The notes beneath the pieces were generated by a model, which did no database searches, had not been told where the DNA came from, and was given only the letters and a program-made list of their open reading frames with translations. From assembly GCA_964406675.1 (NCBI GenBank), contig CAYOSP010000007.1, positions 6,096 through 49,507 of the forward strand: a DNA stretch of 43,412 nucleotides. Reading direction: 5' to 3'. The translations under genes were made by a program, and so were the position numbers. The first letter of the stretch is position 1; the number at the start of each line of letters is the position of its first letter. Source of the DNA: an uncultured Eubacteriales bacterium. GTDB taxonomy: Bacteria > Actinomycetota > Coriobacteriia > Anaerosomatales > JAUVQN01. Of this stretch, positions 18,409 to 26,934 are shown one piece after another.

Positions 18409-19707
18409 TCAGTAGAAGCCGCTGAACCTTCTCTCGCGCGCCGCGCACGGAGGACAGAGCTTTCGGGCGCGCACGTCGTTCACAGGTACGGCGTTCACAG
18501 GCACGTCCCTCCCGGTGGATCGCGCATCCTTCACCGGTTCCGTGTCTCCGTGGGACACTCCGTACCCGGCGCCGCACGTCTCGCAGATCGCGTGTTCCAG
18601 CGAAAGGAGCCGCAGCGGGTTGCCGAGGAGTCGTCGCACGGGTCGGGCCACCATGTCGATGGCGTCGACCCGGCACAGGGCGGCGCACGTGCCGCATCCG
18701 ACGCATCTGTCGGGTCGCAGGCCGAGACACCACGAATCGTCCGTATCCCTCAGGACCAGAGCTCCCGTGGGACAGAGGCGCGCGCAGTCCCCGCAGCCGA
18801 TGCACCGTTCAGCGGAGACCCGCGGACCGAGGGTGGACAGCGCGCCCGGCTCGGGGTTCCGGGCTTCGAGTCGGAGCACGCCGGCCTGCTCGAGGCTCCG
18901 CAGCGTTCGCACGAACAGCAGTCGATCCAGGTTGTCCGAGGTCCCTCCTCGTGCGGGAGGCTCGGGGGGACCCGTGCTCGGGGCCTCGCCGGTCGGAGCC
19001 TCGCCGGTCGGAGCGAGGTCGCGGACGAGGGAGAGGACGTCTCGAGCCACCATGCCGAACGCCTCCCGCCTACCGATCGGCACCGATCGATCGGCGGGTT
19101 CTGTGACCCGTGGGTCCGCGGCATGTCCCGGGCGCGTGAAGGAGGTGCGATCCGGGTCGAGCCGGAGAACGCCGGGTGCGCCCATGGATCGGAGTACGGC
19201 CCCGACGTACTCGATGCGTGTGAGCAGCAACGATCTCGAGGCGGGGGCTATGCCGCACCCGGCGCAGTCTCCGGGAGCGAGCATCGTCGTTCCGTCTTCG
19301 GATCCCGCCAGAGCGAACAGCACCCCGTCGCTCACCGCGTGCAGGCACCCTATGTCCACCATGTCCTCCCCGGAAGGGTCCGGGTGTGCCGCACACGTGA
19401 GCACGGTCCGGGTCCTCTGCCGTGCGCTCGCGAGCAGTTCGCGGATGGACGCCTGGAGTCCCGGCGGTCTGCGTACGGCGCCCATCGGGCAGGCCGAGAC
19501 GCACGCGCCGCAGGCGGAGCACGACGTCCTAGCATCCTCTGAGAGGTATGCGTCGCCGTCACGGAACGGAAGGCCCGCTCGGCATGCCTCGACGCACGCG
19601 TCGCACGCTCGCCCCACCGCCGTGCGCAAGCAAGTCGAAGGGTCGAGCGTCACTCCGTCGCGGTCGAATCGCGCCTGGATGGCTTCGAGTGGTTCCACAC
19701 CGTCCAT
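18409..19707 (-). CDS. Polyferredoxin / 4Fe-4S binding protein
   Basis: CDACVEAC, CSACGACVSACP, CIGCGDCARLCP, CVGCGTCAALC, plus CETC...CPPC at the C-terminus. Confidence 0.85.
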   Translation of the reverse strand: MDGVEPLEAIQARFDRDGVTLDPSTCLRTAVGRACDACVEACRAGLPFRDGDAYLSEDARTSCSACGACVSACPMGAVRRPPGLQASIRELLASARQRTRTVLTCAAHPDPSGEDMVDIGCLHAVSDGVLFALAGSEDGTTMLAPGDCAGCGIAPASRSLLLTRIEYVGAVLRSMGAPGVLRLDPDRTSFTRPGHAADPRVTEPADRSVPIGRREAFGMVARDVLSLVRDLAPTGEAPTGEAPSTGPPEPPARGGTSDNLDRLLFVRTLRSLEQAGVLRLEARNPEPGALSTLGPRVSAERCIGCGDCARLCPTGALVLRDTDDSWCLGLRPDRCVGCGTCAALCRVDAIDMVARPVRRLLGNPLRLLSLEHAICETCGAGYGVSHGDTEPVKDARSTGRDVPVNAVPVNDVRARKLCPPCAARERRFSGFY

Positions 19708-19928
19708 TTGCCGTCTTCCGGGGCCGGATGTCAACCGGCGCCGTTGACGGGCATTCGCCCTTGAGCAGGCCGATCAACAGTTCGTACGACATCAGAGCCA
19801 TCCGTAACAGCCTGTGGGTTCTCTTGCGTGGAACGCGTAGGATGATAAGCAAGCTCGGTTCATGCTCGACAAGGAGGTGAAGCGGTGACACCTCCCTGTC
19901 TTCTTGTCTGTTCGTCGGAAGGGTTCGT

Positions 19929-20642
19929 GTGCCGGACTTCCGAACGTCGCGCGACCTGATCTCGTCCATGGCCGGACGACTCGATCTCCCTGTGACGGCG
20001 GCCGTCCTACTGCTTGTGGTGCTGTCGGGTGCGGTCGCGCTCACGTGGCGTTACGTCGCTTGGCACGATCGGGCGCCGTCGGACTACTACTCGTTCCAGA
20101 TCAACAGGTGGGAACAACAGCTCGCGAAGGACTCCGAAGACCCGCTCGTGTGGTCGACACTCGGGGAACTCTACCGTGAGGCGGGACGGGAGGAGGACGC
20201 GGACGAGGCGTTCGCACGCGCACTGGAATTGGACCCATCCGACCCCGCGGCGAATCTTCGTCGCGCTCGGGCGTACGTCGAGGCGGGGGACCTGGACGCC
20301 GCTCGCGAGCACGTCGTGACCGCGCTCGAGGGTCTGCCCGAGGGCGGTCGAGCGTATGCGTACTTCCGACTCGGCGAGATCGAGGAACGGGCCGGCGACA
20401 TCCCTGAGGCGATCCGGGCCTACGAAGCCTCCGTCGCGGACCGCGACTCGTACTTCAACGCTCACTACGCCCTCGCCGGACTCTACGAGCAGGAGGGTCG
20501 TTTCGATGACGCACTGGAGGCCGCCGTCATGGCCGAACGCTTCATGCCCGGACGACCCGACCTCGTCGAGCGTATCGAGCGCTTGCGAGCGCGGGGCGCG
20601 ACGATCTCGCCCGACGTATCGCCGACCTCGGCGGGAGGGTAG
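19929..20642 (+). CDS. Membrane-anchored tetratricopeptide-repeat protein
   Basis: One N-terminal TM helix then TPR-like units (WSTLGELY...AFARALELDP, YFRLGEIEE...AYEAS, HYALAGLYE...A). Confidence 0.85.
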   Translation: MPDFRTSRDLISSMAGRLDLPVTAAVLLLVVLSGAVALTWRYVAWHDRAPSDYYSFQINRWEQQLAKDSEDPLVWSTLGELYREAGREEDADEAFARALELDPSDPAANLRRARAYVEAGDLDAAREHVVTALEGLPEGGRAYAYFRLGEIEERAGDIPEAIRAYEASVADRDSYFNAHYALAGLYEQEGRFDDALEAAVMAERFMPGRPDLVERIERLRARGATISPDVSPTSAGG

Positions 20643-20659
20643 CGGAGTTGGAGACAGGC

Positions 20660-21718
20660 GTGAGTGAACACGGGCACGACGAGAGGGGCGAGACCGCTTC
20701 GAGCAGGCGTCGCTGGTGGTGGGCGCTCGTCCTCCTCCTGTTACTCCTTCTTCTCGCGTGCGGCATCGTCCATCTGCTGTTTCCGACCCCGCGTGGGACG
20801 ACCGGGAAGAAGAGCCTGCACGGGATGCGGTTCGCGATGAGCGTGTACGGCCTTCACCAGCCCCTGGCGGTCGCCGCGGGTCCCGAGGGGGAGATCGCGG
20901 TCGCCGATACCGGCGTGCAGAAGGCGTTGCTGTTCGATCCTTCGGGCGAGTGGACCGCGCAGCTGGGTGGAGACGATCCCGAGGACAGGCTGTTCGGTGT
21001 GTACGGATTGGAGTTCCACGACGGCCGTTGGTACGTCTGTGATTGGATACTCAGGCGTATCTGGGTGTTCGACGAGACAGCGGCGCTCGTCGGTCACTTC
21101 CCCGAGGATCCCATGGCCGCCCGGTACGGCCCCGACGGTTTCTCGCCGTACGACATCGCCTTCACGAAGGATGCCGCGCTCGTGACCACGCCCACGTCGA
21201 TCGAGATGTTCTCCCTCGGGGAGTTCGAACACGTGGGCCGCTTCGGAGAGGATCGGCCCGGAGGGATCCCGCTCGCGTATCCGAACGGTATCGCGGTGGA
21301 CGATCCGGGCGAACGGGTCTACGTGTGCGACGTGCTCAACCGACGTGTGATCGCGTACGACTCCGAGGGTGGGGTCGAGTGGATCCTCGGTCGGCCGGAC
21401 GAGGACGGGGAGATAGTGAGCTTCTTCTCTCTGCCGCGAGGCGTCGAGGTGGTCGACGGAGACGTGCTCGTCTCCGACACCTTCAAGCATCGGCTGGTGC
21501 GTCTGGATGCTCGGGGCGAGTTCCTCGGCACCTACGGTGACCGTGGCGTGACGGACCTGCAGTTCAATTTCCCGGAGGGTCTCGCCGTGGCGCCCGACGG
21601 CCTGGTGTACGTAGCCGATCGTGAGAACGACAGGGTCCAGGTGGTAAGACTGGACGATCCGGTGCCCCCGACGGGCGCCACGAAGGAGAAGTGGAGTGAG
21701 TCCTTCGTTGGACAGTGA
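20660..21718 (+). CDS. Membrane-anchored NHL-repeat beta-propeller protein
   Basis: RRRWWW plus poly-Leu TM; repeats QPLAVA, SPYDIA, YPNGIAVD, LPRGVEV, FNFPEGLAVAPDGLVYVADRENDRVQV. Confidence 0.88.
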   Translation: MSEHGHDERGETASSRRRWWWALVLLLLLLLLACGIVHLLFPTPRGTTGKKSLHGMRFAMSVYGLHQPLAVAAGPEGEIAVADTGVQKALLFDPSGEWTAQLGGDDPEDRLFGVYGLEFHDGRWYVCDWILRRIWVFDETAALVGHFPEDPMAARYGPDGFSPYDIAFTKDAALVTTPTSIEMFSLGEFEHVGRFGEDRPGGIPLAYPNGIAVDDPGERVYVCDVLNRRVIAYDSEGGVEWILGRPDEDGEIVSFFSLPRGVEVVDGDVLVSDTFKHRLVRLDARGEFLGTYGDRGVTDLQFNFPEGLAVAPDGLVYVADRENDRVQVVRLDDPVPPTGATKEKWSESFVGQ

Positions 21719-22238
21719 GGTCGGCGAGCGGCGTACGCGACGGGGCGCGACGATCGTCGTCCTCGCGATCGTCGTCTTGCTGCTCCTCGCGTGCTGCTGG
21801 GTCTCGTTCCGGCCGTTGCCGGACCCCGGCGACGGCTCGCCGGGGACCGAGTCCGGGTCGGGCCGAACGCCCTCGACCGCGCCCGTCGTGATCGGGGATG
21901 TCCGCGTGGAATCGCTCCCCGACGTGGATGTCGGCCGGAAGGGCGAGGCGTGGTTGGTGTCGTTCTCGCTCGCGAGTGGGCGGGATCGCCCGTTCGCCGC
22001 GGAGCTCGCTTCGCTCGACGTCGATGGTGTGAGGATCCCCCCTCTGCGGACCGATGCGCATGCATCCCGTATCTCGCGGGCGATCGTACCCGACGCGCTC
22101 GATGCGGGCATGTCGCACGGAGTGAGTCTCGCGTTCGCCGTTCCGAAGGCCTCCGTCGAGGCGACCTTGTGCGTGGTCTTTCACGACATGGGACCCTCGG
22201 AACGGATAGAGGTCCCGGTATCGATGGGAGCCGAGTGA
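21708..22238 (+). CDS. Hypothetical membrane-anchored extracytoplasmic protein
   Basis: One N-terminal TM helix, Pro/Gly/Ser linker, beta-rich domain. Overlaps the upstream stop, and its TGA overlaps the next ATG. Confidence 0.65.
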   Translation: MDSEVGERRTRRGATIVVLAIVVLLLLACCWVSFRPLPDPGDGSPGTESGSGRTPSTAPVVIGDVRVESLPDVDVGRKGEAWLVSFSLASGRDRPFAAELASLDVDGVRIPPLRTDAHASRISRAIVPDALDAGMSHGVSLAFAVPKASVEATLCVVFHDMGPSERIEVPVSMGAE

Positions 22239-22738
22239 TGCCGACGCATGCCCGGCATACCGAGAGGAGCCGGAAGGTGTTCACGTGGGCGGTCGTTCTG
22301 GCCTGCCTCGTGTGCGTATCGTCGGCGATCGCCGTGGCCGCGGGACAGACCGAGAAGCCTGACGACCACACCGATCAGTGGCAGTGGCTCCACGGCCGCG
22401 AGTACGTGCGCGACTCGGCGAGATGCGACGGGTGCCACGAGCCGATGAGTTGTCGCACGTGTCACCTTGTCGACTACCCGCACCCGCAGGATTGGCAGGG
22501 ACGTCATGGCGCCGAGGCGCTCGCGATGCGGTTCAGAGGATGTAGCCTGTGCCATAGGGACTCGTTCTGTGACCCTTGTCACGGGGGGGTCACCATGCCT
22601 CACCCGGAGGACTATCTTCGCACCCACTCGCGCGGCGGCGATGTGATCGAAGCGTGCGGTACGTGCCACCTCTCGACGGACTGTGACGGTTGTCATGATG
22701 CGCACGCATCGCACGGATGGGGAGGCGCGTCTCCGTGA
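22238..22738 (+). CDS. Small exported hexaheme cytochrome c built from three di-heme repeats
   Basis: ATG overlaps the upstream TGA; signal peptide (AIAVAA); CDGCH, CRTCH, CSLCH, CDPCH, CGTCH, CDGCH. Confidence 0.9.
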   Translation: MPTHARHTERSRKVFTWAVVLACLVCVSSAIAVAAGQTEKPDDHTDQWQWLHGREYVRDSARCDGCHEPMSCRTCHLVDYPHPQDWQGRHGAEALAMRFRGCSLCHRDSFCDPCHGGVTMPHPEDYLRTHSRGGDVIEACGTCHLSTDCDGCHDAHASHGWGGASP

Positions 22739-23595
22739 GTCGGACACGCACACGAGGGACCCTCGGCAAGTCGCTCGTCGCGCTCCTCGCTCTCTCGGTG
22801 GTGTTCATGGCGGCGGTGCTCGTCATCGCGCTGTCGTTCCCGGCGGGGACTCGCGCCATCGGCGCTCGTCTCCAAGCCGGGTATCCGGGCATGGTATCGC
22901 CGCTCGCTTCGCTGGCTTCCGAGGTCGGATCCCTCCCGGTCGTCGTCGCCGCTCGGTGGAGGGCCCGGGTCATCCAGCCGCTCGGTCTGGCGGCCGAGCC
23001 CGACGAACGAGAAGAGCTCGCGGAGCCCGATGAGGAGCACGACCGCCTGTGGGAGGGCTGTTCCGAGTGTCATCCTCATTGGGAGAGTCGTCCGCTGCAC
23101 AGCGTGGTGTACTTCGACCACGAGACGCACACGACCGCGGGAAGCGAGTGCGCGGACTGTCACGAACCGATCGGACTCGCGCGCGATCGCGTCCCTCCGA
23201 TGCAAGGGTGCGGGTCATGCCACGAGACATGGATCCGGTCCTCGGCTTCGTGTGTCGAGTGTCATCCGCCGGGTTCCTTGTTCCACGGAGCGGAACTGTC
23301 GGGAAGCCGCTCGATAGCCGACGCGTGCGAGACGTGTCATCCGCCATCCGTCCGTCTCGCATCTCCACGTGCACACGACATGCCCGCCTTCTCGGCGACC
23401 GACGAAGCGGGCTGTGAGGTCTGCCACACCTCGAGTGGATTCTGTGACCGGTGTCATCCCGCTCCGCATCCCACGCTCTACGGGTCCGTGCACCACGAGG
23501 AGATCCGGAACGGGGAGGTCAGCATGGTAGATTGCTATCAGTGTCACGACCCGCGGTACTGTGTCGGCCGATGTCATACGAAGACCGAGCGATGA
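22735..23595 (+). CDS. Membrane-anchored multiheme cytochrome c (8 CxxCH + 1 CX3CH)
   Basis: GTGA overlap with the upstream gene; N-terminal TM; CSECH, CADCH, CGSCH, CVECH, CETCH, CEVCH, CDRCH, CYQCH, CVGRCH; FDHETH c3/c7-type motif. Confidence 0.9.
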   Translation: MSRTRTRGTLGKSLVALLALSVVFMAAVLVIALSFPAGTRAIGARLQAGYPGMVSPLASLASEVGSLPVVVAARWRARVIQPLGLAAEPDEREELAEPDEEHDRLWEGCSECHPHWESRPLHSVVYFDHETHTTAGSECADCHEPIGLARDRVPPMQGCGSCHETWIRSSASCVECHPPGSLFHGAELSGSRSIADACETCHPPSVRLASPRAHDMPAFSATDEAGCEVCHTSSGFCDRCHPAPHPTLYGSVHHEEIRNGEVSMVDCYQCHDPRYCVGRCHTKTER

Positions 23596-24521
23596 GCGAT
23601 CCGGACACGCCGAGATACCGACAGATCCACGCACTCACGAGGCTGCTGCTGCGGGTGTCCGTGATCGGGACGATCCTCGCCATGGCGGCGGGGATACTCC
23701 TGGCCGTCCAGGTGCTGTCGCGAGCCGATCGAACCGTATGCGGACCCCTGTCTTCCGGTCCTGTGACGACCGTGGTCGTCGCTCGACTGCCTGGCGGGCC
23801 CACCGAGTGGCGCTCCTACATGAAGGCCGTCGAGGTGGTCTCGCGGGTGACCGGCCGTCCCGTAGCGGTCGCGTATGCCGAGAGCACCTCGGAGCTGGAG
23901 CAGCTCCTGCGAGAGCGGCAGGACGCCTATTTCTTCTCGACGACGTACGCGTACCTGTACGCCGAGGCCGAAGGACTCGAGCCGCGGTTGATCGCCGCAC
24001 CCGTCATCCTGGGAAGGACCATGGAATCGGCCTGCGTGGTGGTGTCCGAGTCGTCCCGGTTCGAGGACCTGGAGGATCTGAGGGGGCGGCGGGTCGGTGT
24101 GTCCGATCCGAGTTCACTCGCGGGCACGGCATACCTACTTCGCCTCCTGGACGAATCCGGATACGGTACGCTCCAGGGCTTCTTCGGCTCTGTCGACGCC
24201 GGTCGTTCTCAGGATTCGAACCTGAGGGACGTGCTCGCGGGCGAGCTCGATTGCACCACGGTGAATCGCTCGCAACTCGCCGCCTACCCTGAGGACGCGT
24301 TCCGCATGATCGCACGTTCCCCCGAGTACGGCATGCCGCCGATCATGTGCGGTCCCGAGGTGAGTCGGGAGGAAGCGGACGAGGTGTCCCGGGCGCTCGT
24401 GGACCTCGAACTCGGTCGGGATACACCGATCACCGGCGCGGTGGAGGGATTCTCGGTCCCGACCCCCGACCTCTATGAGTACCCCCGAGGCCTCATGCGC
24501 TACGCGGTGGTGACCGGATGA
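23592..24521 (+). CDS. PhnD/SsuA-type extracytoplasmic ligand-binding protein (probable sensory partner of the kinase)
   Basis: ATGA overlap; N-terminal TM; DLEDLRGRRVGVSDPSSLAG and downstream P-P motif typical of phosphonate-binding-fold proteins; no permease or ATPase genes adjacent. Confidence 0.8.
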   Translation: MSDPDTPRYRQIHALTRLLLRVSVIGTILAMAAGILLAVQVLSRADRTVCGPLSSGPVTTVVVARLPGGPTEWRSYMKAVEVVSRVTGRPVAVAYAESTSELEQLLRERQDAYFFSTTYAYLYAEAEGLEPRLIAAPVILGRTMESACVVVSESSRFEDLEDLRGRRVGVSDPSSLAGTAYLLRLLDESGYGTLQGFFGSVDAGRSQDSNLRDVLAGELDCTTVNRSQLAAYPEDAFRMIARSPEYGMPPIMCGPEVSREEADEVSRALVDLELGRDTPITGAVEGFSVPTPDLYEYPRGLMRYAVVTG

Positions 24522-26098
24522 GGCTTCCCGTGGGCCCCCGGTCGGATCCGGAACGCTCCTCCGGGCGGCGTTCCGGCTCGATCGCGTACAAGCTCGTCGT
24601 CCTGACCCTGCTCGGCGAACTGGTCTTCTCACTGACCCTCGGGGTGGCGGTCGGCGTGTACGTGGCGGAGGAGATGAGGCAGCATACGTTCGCGAGCTAT
24701 AGGCACACGGCGAGCGCGATAGCCGCGAGCTTCATCCCCATGGTCATGGACAAGGATGCCGCGGCGGTCCAGATGCAGATCCAGAGTCTCGTGGAACTCT
24801 CGCCGGAGTCACGTCTGGAGTGTCTGCGTATCGTCGACGGCACCGGTCGCCTGATCGCCGAGGCCGGATCGACCGGGCCGGACTGTTGCGAAACGCAGCG
24901 ATCCGAAGGCCTGGCGGGGTGGCTCGAAGCGGACATCATCGCGTCCCCCCTCTCGGTGAACGATGTCGAGCTCGGTACCGTCACCGCTCAGTTCGAGGCG
25001 GTCCCCCTCTCCGAGACGCTGTTCCCGGCCGTGCTCGTGTCGCTGATCGTGATGGCTTCCGTGAATCTGGTCTCCGTTCCCTGGGTAGCGTGGTTGTCCG
25101 TACGTCTGTTGTTGGAGCCGCTCGCTCAAGTCCAGGACGCCGCGGACGGTCTCTCCGCGGGCGAGAGGGACATCGACGTCGGCGTGGAACGGAACGACGA
25201 GATCGGTCGCCTGGCCCGGACCCTCGATGATCTCGCGGGTCAACTGAAGCGACGCGAGGCGGAACGATCGCGTGCGCTCGCGCGAACACGTGAAGCTCTA
25301 GCGCTCGAAAGGCGCGCGCGAGATGAGCTCCAAGAGATGTCTCGGATGAAGTCCGACTTCATGGCGGTCGCATCGCACGAACTGAAGACGCCTCTCGCTG
25401 CGATCAGGATGTATTCCGAGTTGCTCTCGGAGAGGGACGACATCACCGAACGAGAGGATGTCGGCGAACTCGTGAGCGGGCTCCGTGCCTCGGTCTTCAG
25501 GTTGACATCCATCACCTCGGATCTGCTGGATTCCGCGATGCTCGAGCGAGGGATCATGCCGCTCACTCGCGCGAGCATCGATCTGGTGCAGGTAGCCGGC
25601 GAAGCCGCCTCGGACGCGAACCGTCTCGGTGAGGCGCGAGGGATCGAGGTCGGGTTCGAGACGGAGGTGGACTCCCTCCCCGTGTACGGTGATGCGGTGC
25701 GCCTGCGTCAGGTGATAGACAACCTCACCTCGAATGCGATGAAGTTCTCGTTCGATGGCATGCCGGTCGATGTGAGGTGTCTGAAGGACGAGGATCAGGC
25801 GGTGGTCGAGGTATGCGATCGGGGCACGGGGATCGATCCACGTAAAGCCGAACGCCTGTTCACCCTGTTCGGGCGGCTCGACTCAGCGGACAATAGGAGA
25901 ACCGCCGGACTCGGCCTGGGACTCGCGATCAGTGCACGCATCGTCGAGGCGCACGGGGGGACGATCACCTGGCGCTCTCGGGACGACCTCGACGAGACGG
26001 TGTTCCAGGTGCGTATCCCATCGATGGACGGATCCCTGGAGATATCGCGCTGCGAGGTGCTGATCCTGGACGGGGAGGGTGGTCGAGATGGCCGATAG
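24518..26098 (+). CDS. Membrane sensor histidine kinase (2 TM, HAMP, HisKA, HATPase)
   Basis: HAMP (RNDEIGRLA), H-box ASHELKTPL, N-box NLTSNAMKF, G1 DRGTGI, G2 GLGLGLAI. Confidence 0.95.
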   Translation: MRLPVGPRSDPERSSGRRSGSIAYKLVVLTLLGELVFSLTLGVAVGVYVAEEMRQHTFASYRHTASAIAASFIPMVMDKDAAAVQMQIQSLVELSPESRLECLRIVDGTGRLIAEAGSTGPDCCETQRSEGLAGWLEADIIASPLSVNDVELGTVTAQFEAVPLSETLFPAVLVSLIVMASVNLVSVPWVAWLSVRLLLEPLAQVQDAADGLSAGERDIDVGVERNDEIGRLARTLDDLAGQLKRREAERSRALARTREALALERRARDELQEMSRMKSDFMAVASHELKTPLAAIRMYSELLSERDDITEREDVGELVSGLRASVFRLTSITSDLLDSAMLERGIMPLTRASIDLVQVAGEAASDANRLGEARGIEVGFETEVDSLPVYGDAVRLRQVIDNLTSNAMKFSFDGMPVDVRCLKDEDQAVVEVCDRGTGIDPRKAERLFTLFGRLDSADNRRTAGLGLGLAISARIVEAHGGTITWRSRDDLDETVFQVRIPSMDGSLEISRCEVLILDGEGGRDGR

Positions 26099-26849
26099 GA
26101 TGAAGACGGAGGTGCCCGAGCATCCCCGGATCCTCGTGGTCGATGATGATGCCGAGTTGCTCAGGGCTGTTCGACTCTCGCTCGCCGCGGCCGACTACGA
26201 CGTACTATGTGTCGGCAGTTCCGTAGAAGCGCTGCCGGTCATCCGTCGGACGAACCCACATCTGATCGTCCTGGACGTGATGATGCCGGACGTCGACGGA
26301 TGGCAGATCCTCAGTGCGGTGCGCCAGGAGCCCGCGCCGGTCTCCGGTGCGCTCGTCCTCATGCTCACGGCGAAGGACTCCTTGGAGTCCAAGGTGACCG
26401 GCTTCACTCTGGGCGCCGACGATTATCTGGTCAAGCCGTTCAGCGTGCAGGAACTCCGCTTGCGGGTGGCGGCGTTGCTGCGCAGGTACGGAACCAGTGA
26501 TCGGGCCGGGTCGAGAGCCACGTTCACGGTGGTCAACGGCGCATCGGGTCAGGTCTTGCTCGCCGCGGACGACGTCTTCTACTTCGACGGTGTCCGGAAC
26601 TACTCCTACGCACACACATGGGACGACAAGCGTCTGTGCAAGCTGCGCCTACATGAGGTGGAAGAGGCCGCTCCGAACCACTTCATGCGTGTCCATCGCT
26701 CGTTCATCGTCAACGGCATCCACGTCCGTGGTGGACGCTGGGTCAACAACTCTTCCTACCACCTGGTCCTCGCGGACAAGGACAGGACGGAGATCCCGGT
26801 GAGTCGGCGGGTGACCGCGGACGTTCGACGAGAATTGGGACTGAGTTGA
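26088..26849 (+). CDS. Response regulator, REC + LytTR DNA-binding domain
   Basis: VVDDD, LDVMMP, MLTA, DDYLVKPF; LytTR signatures FMRVHRSFIVN and IPVSRR. Confidence 0.92.
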   Translation: MADRMKTEVPEHPRILVVDDDAELLRAVRLSLAAADYDVLCVGSSVEALPVIRRTNPHLIVLDVMMPDVDGWQILSAVRQEPAPVSGALVLMLTAKDSLESKVTGFTLGADDYLVKPFSVQELRLRVAALLRRYGTSDRAGSRATFTVVNGASGQVLLAADDVFYFDGVRNYSYAHTWDDKRLCKLRLHEVEEAAPNHFMRVHRSFIVNGIHVRGGRWVNNSSYHLVLADKDRTEIPVSRRVTADVRRELGLS

Positions 26850-26934
26850 GCGGGCATGAGCGCGGATCACGCGGACCCGCTCCGGGGTCCGGTGCTCGAC
26901 GATCCGTGTCTCGACGGCGTGTTCTGGAGGACGG

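Noticed and set aside
23592-24521. Phosphonate ABC transporter (phnD)
   Set aside because: No phnC/phnE nearby; the gene overlaps a kinase, so a sensory role fits better.
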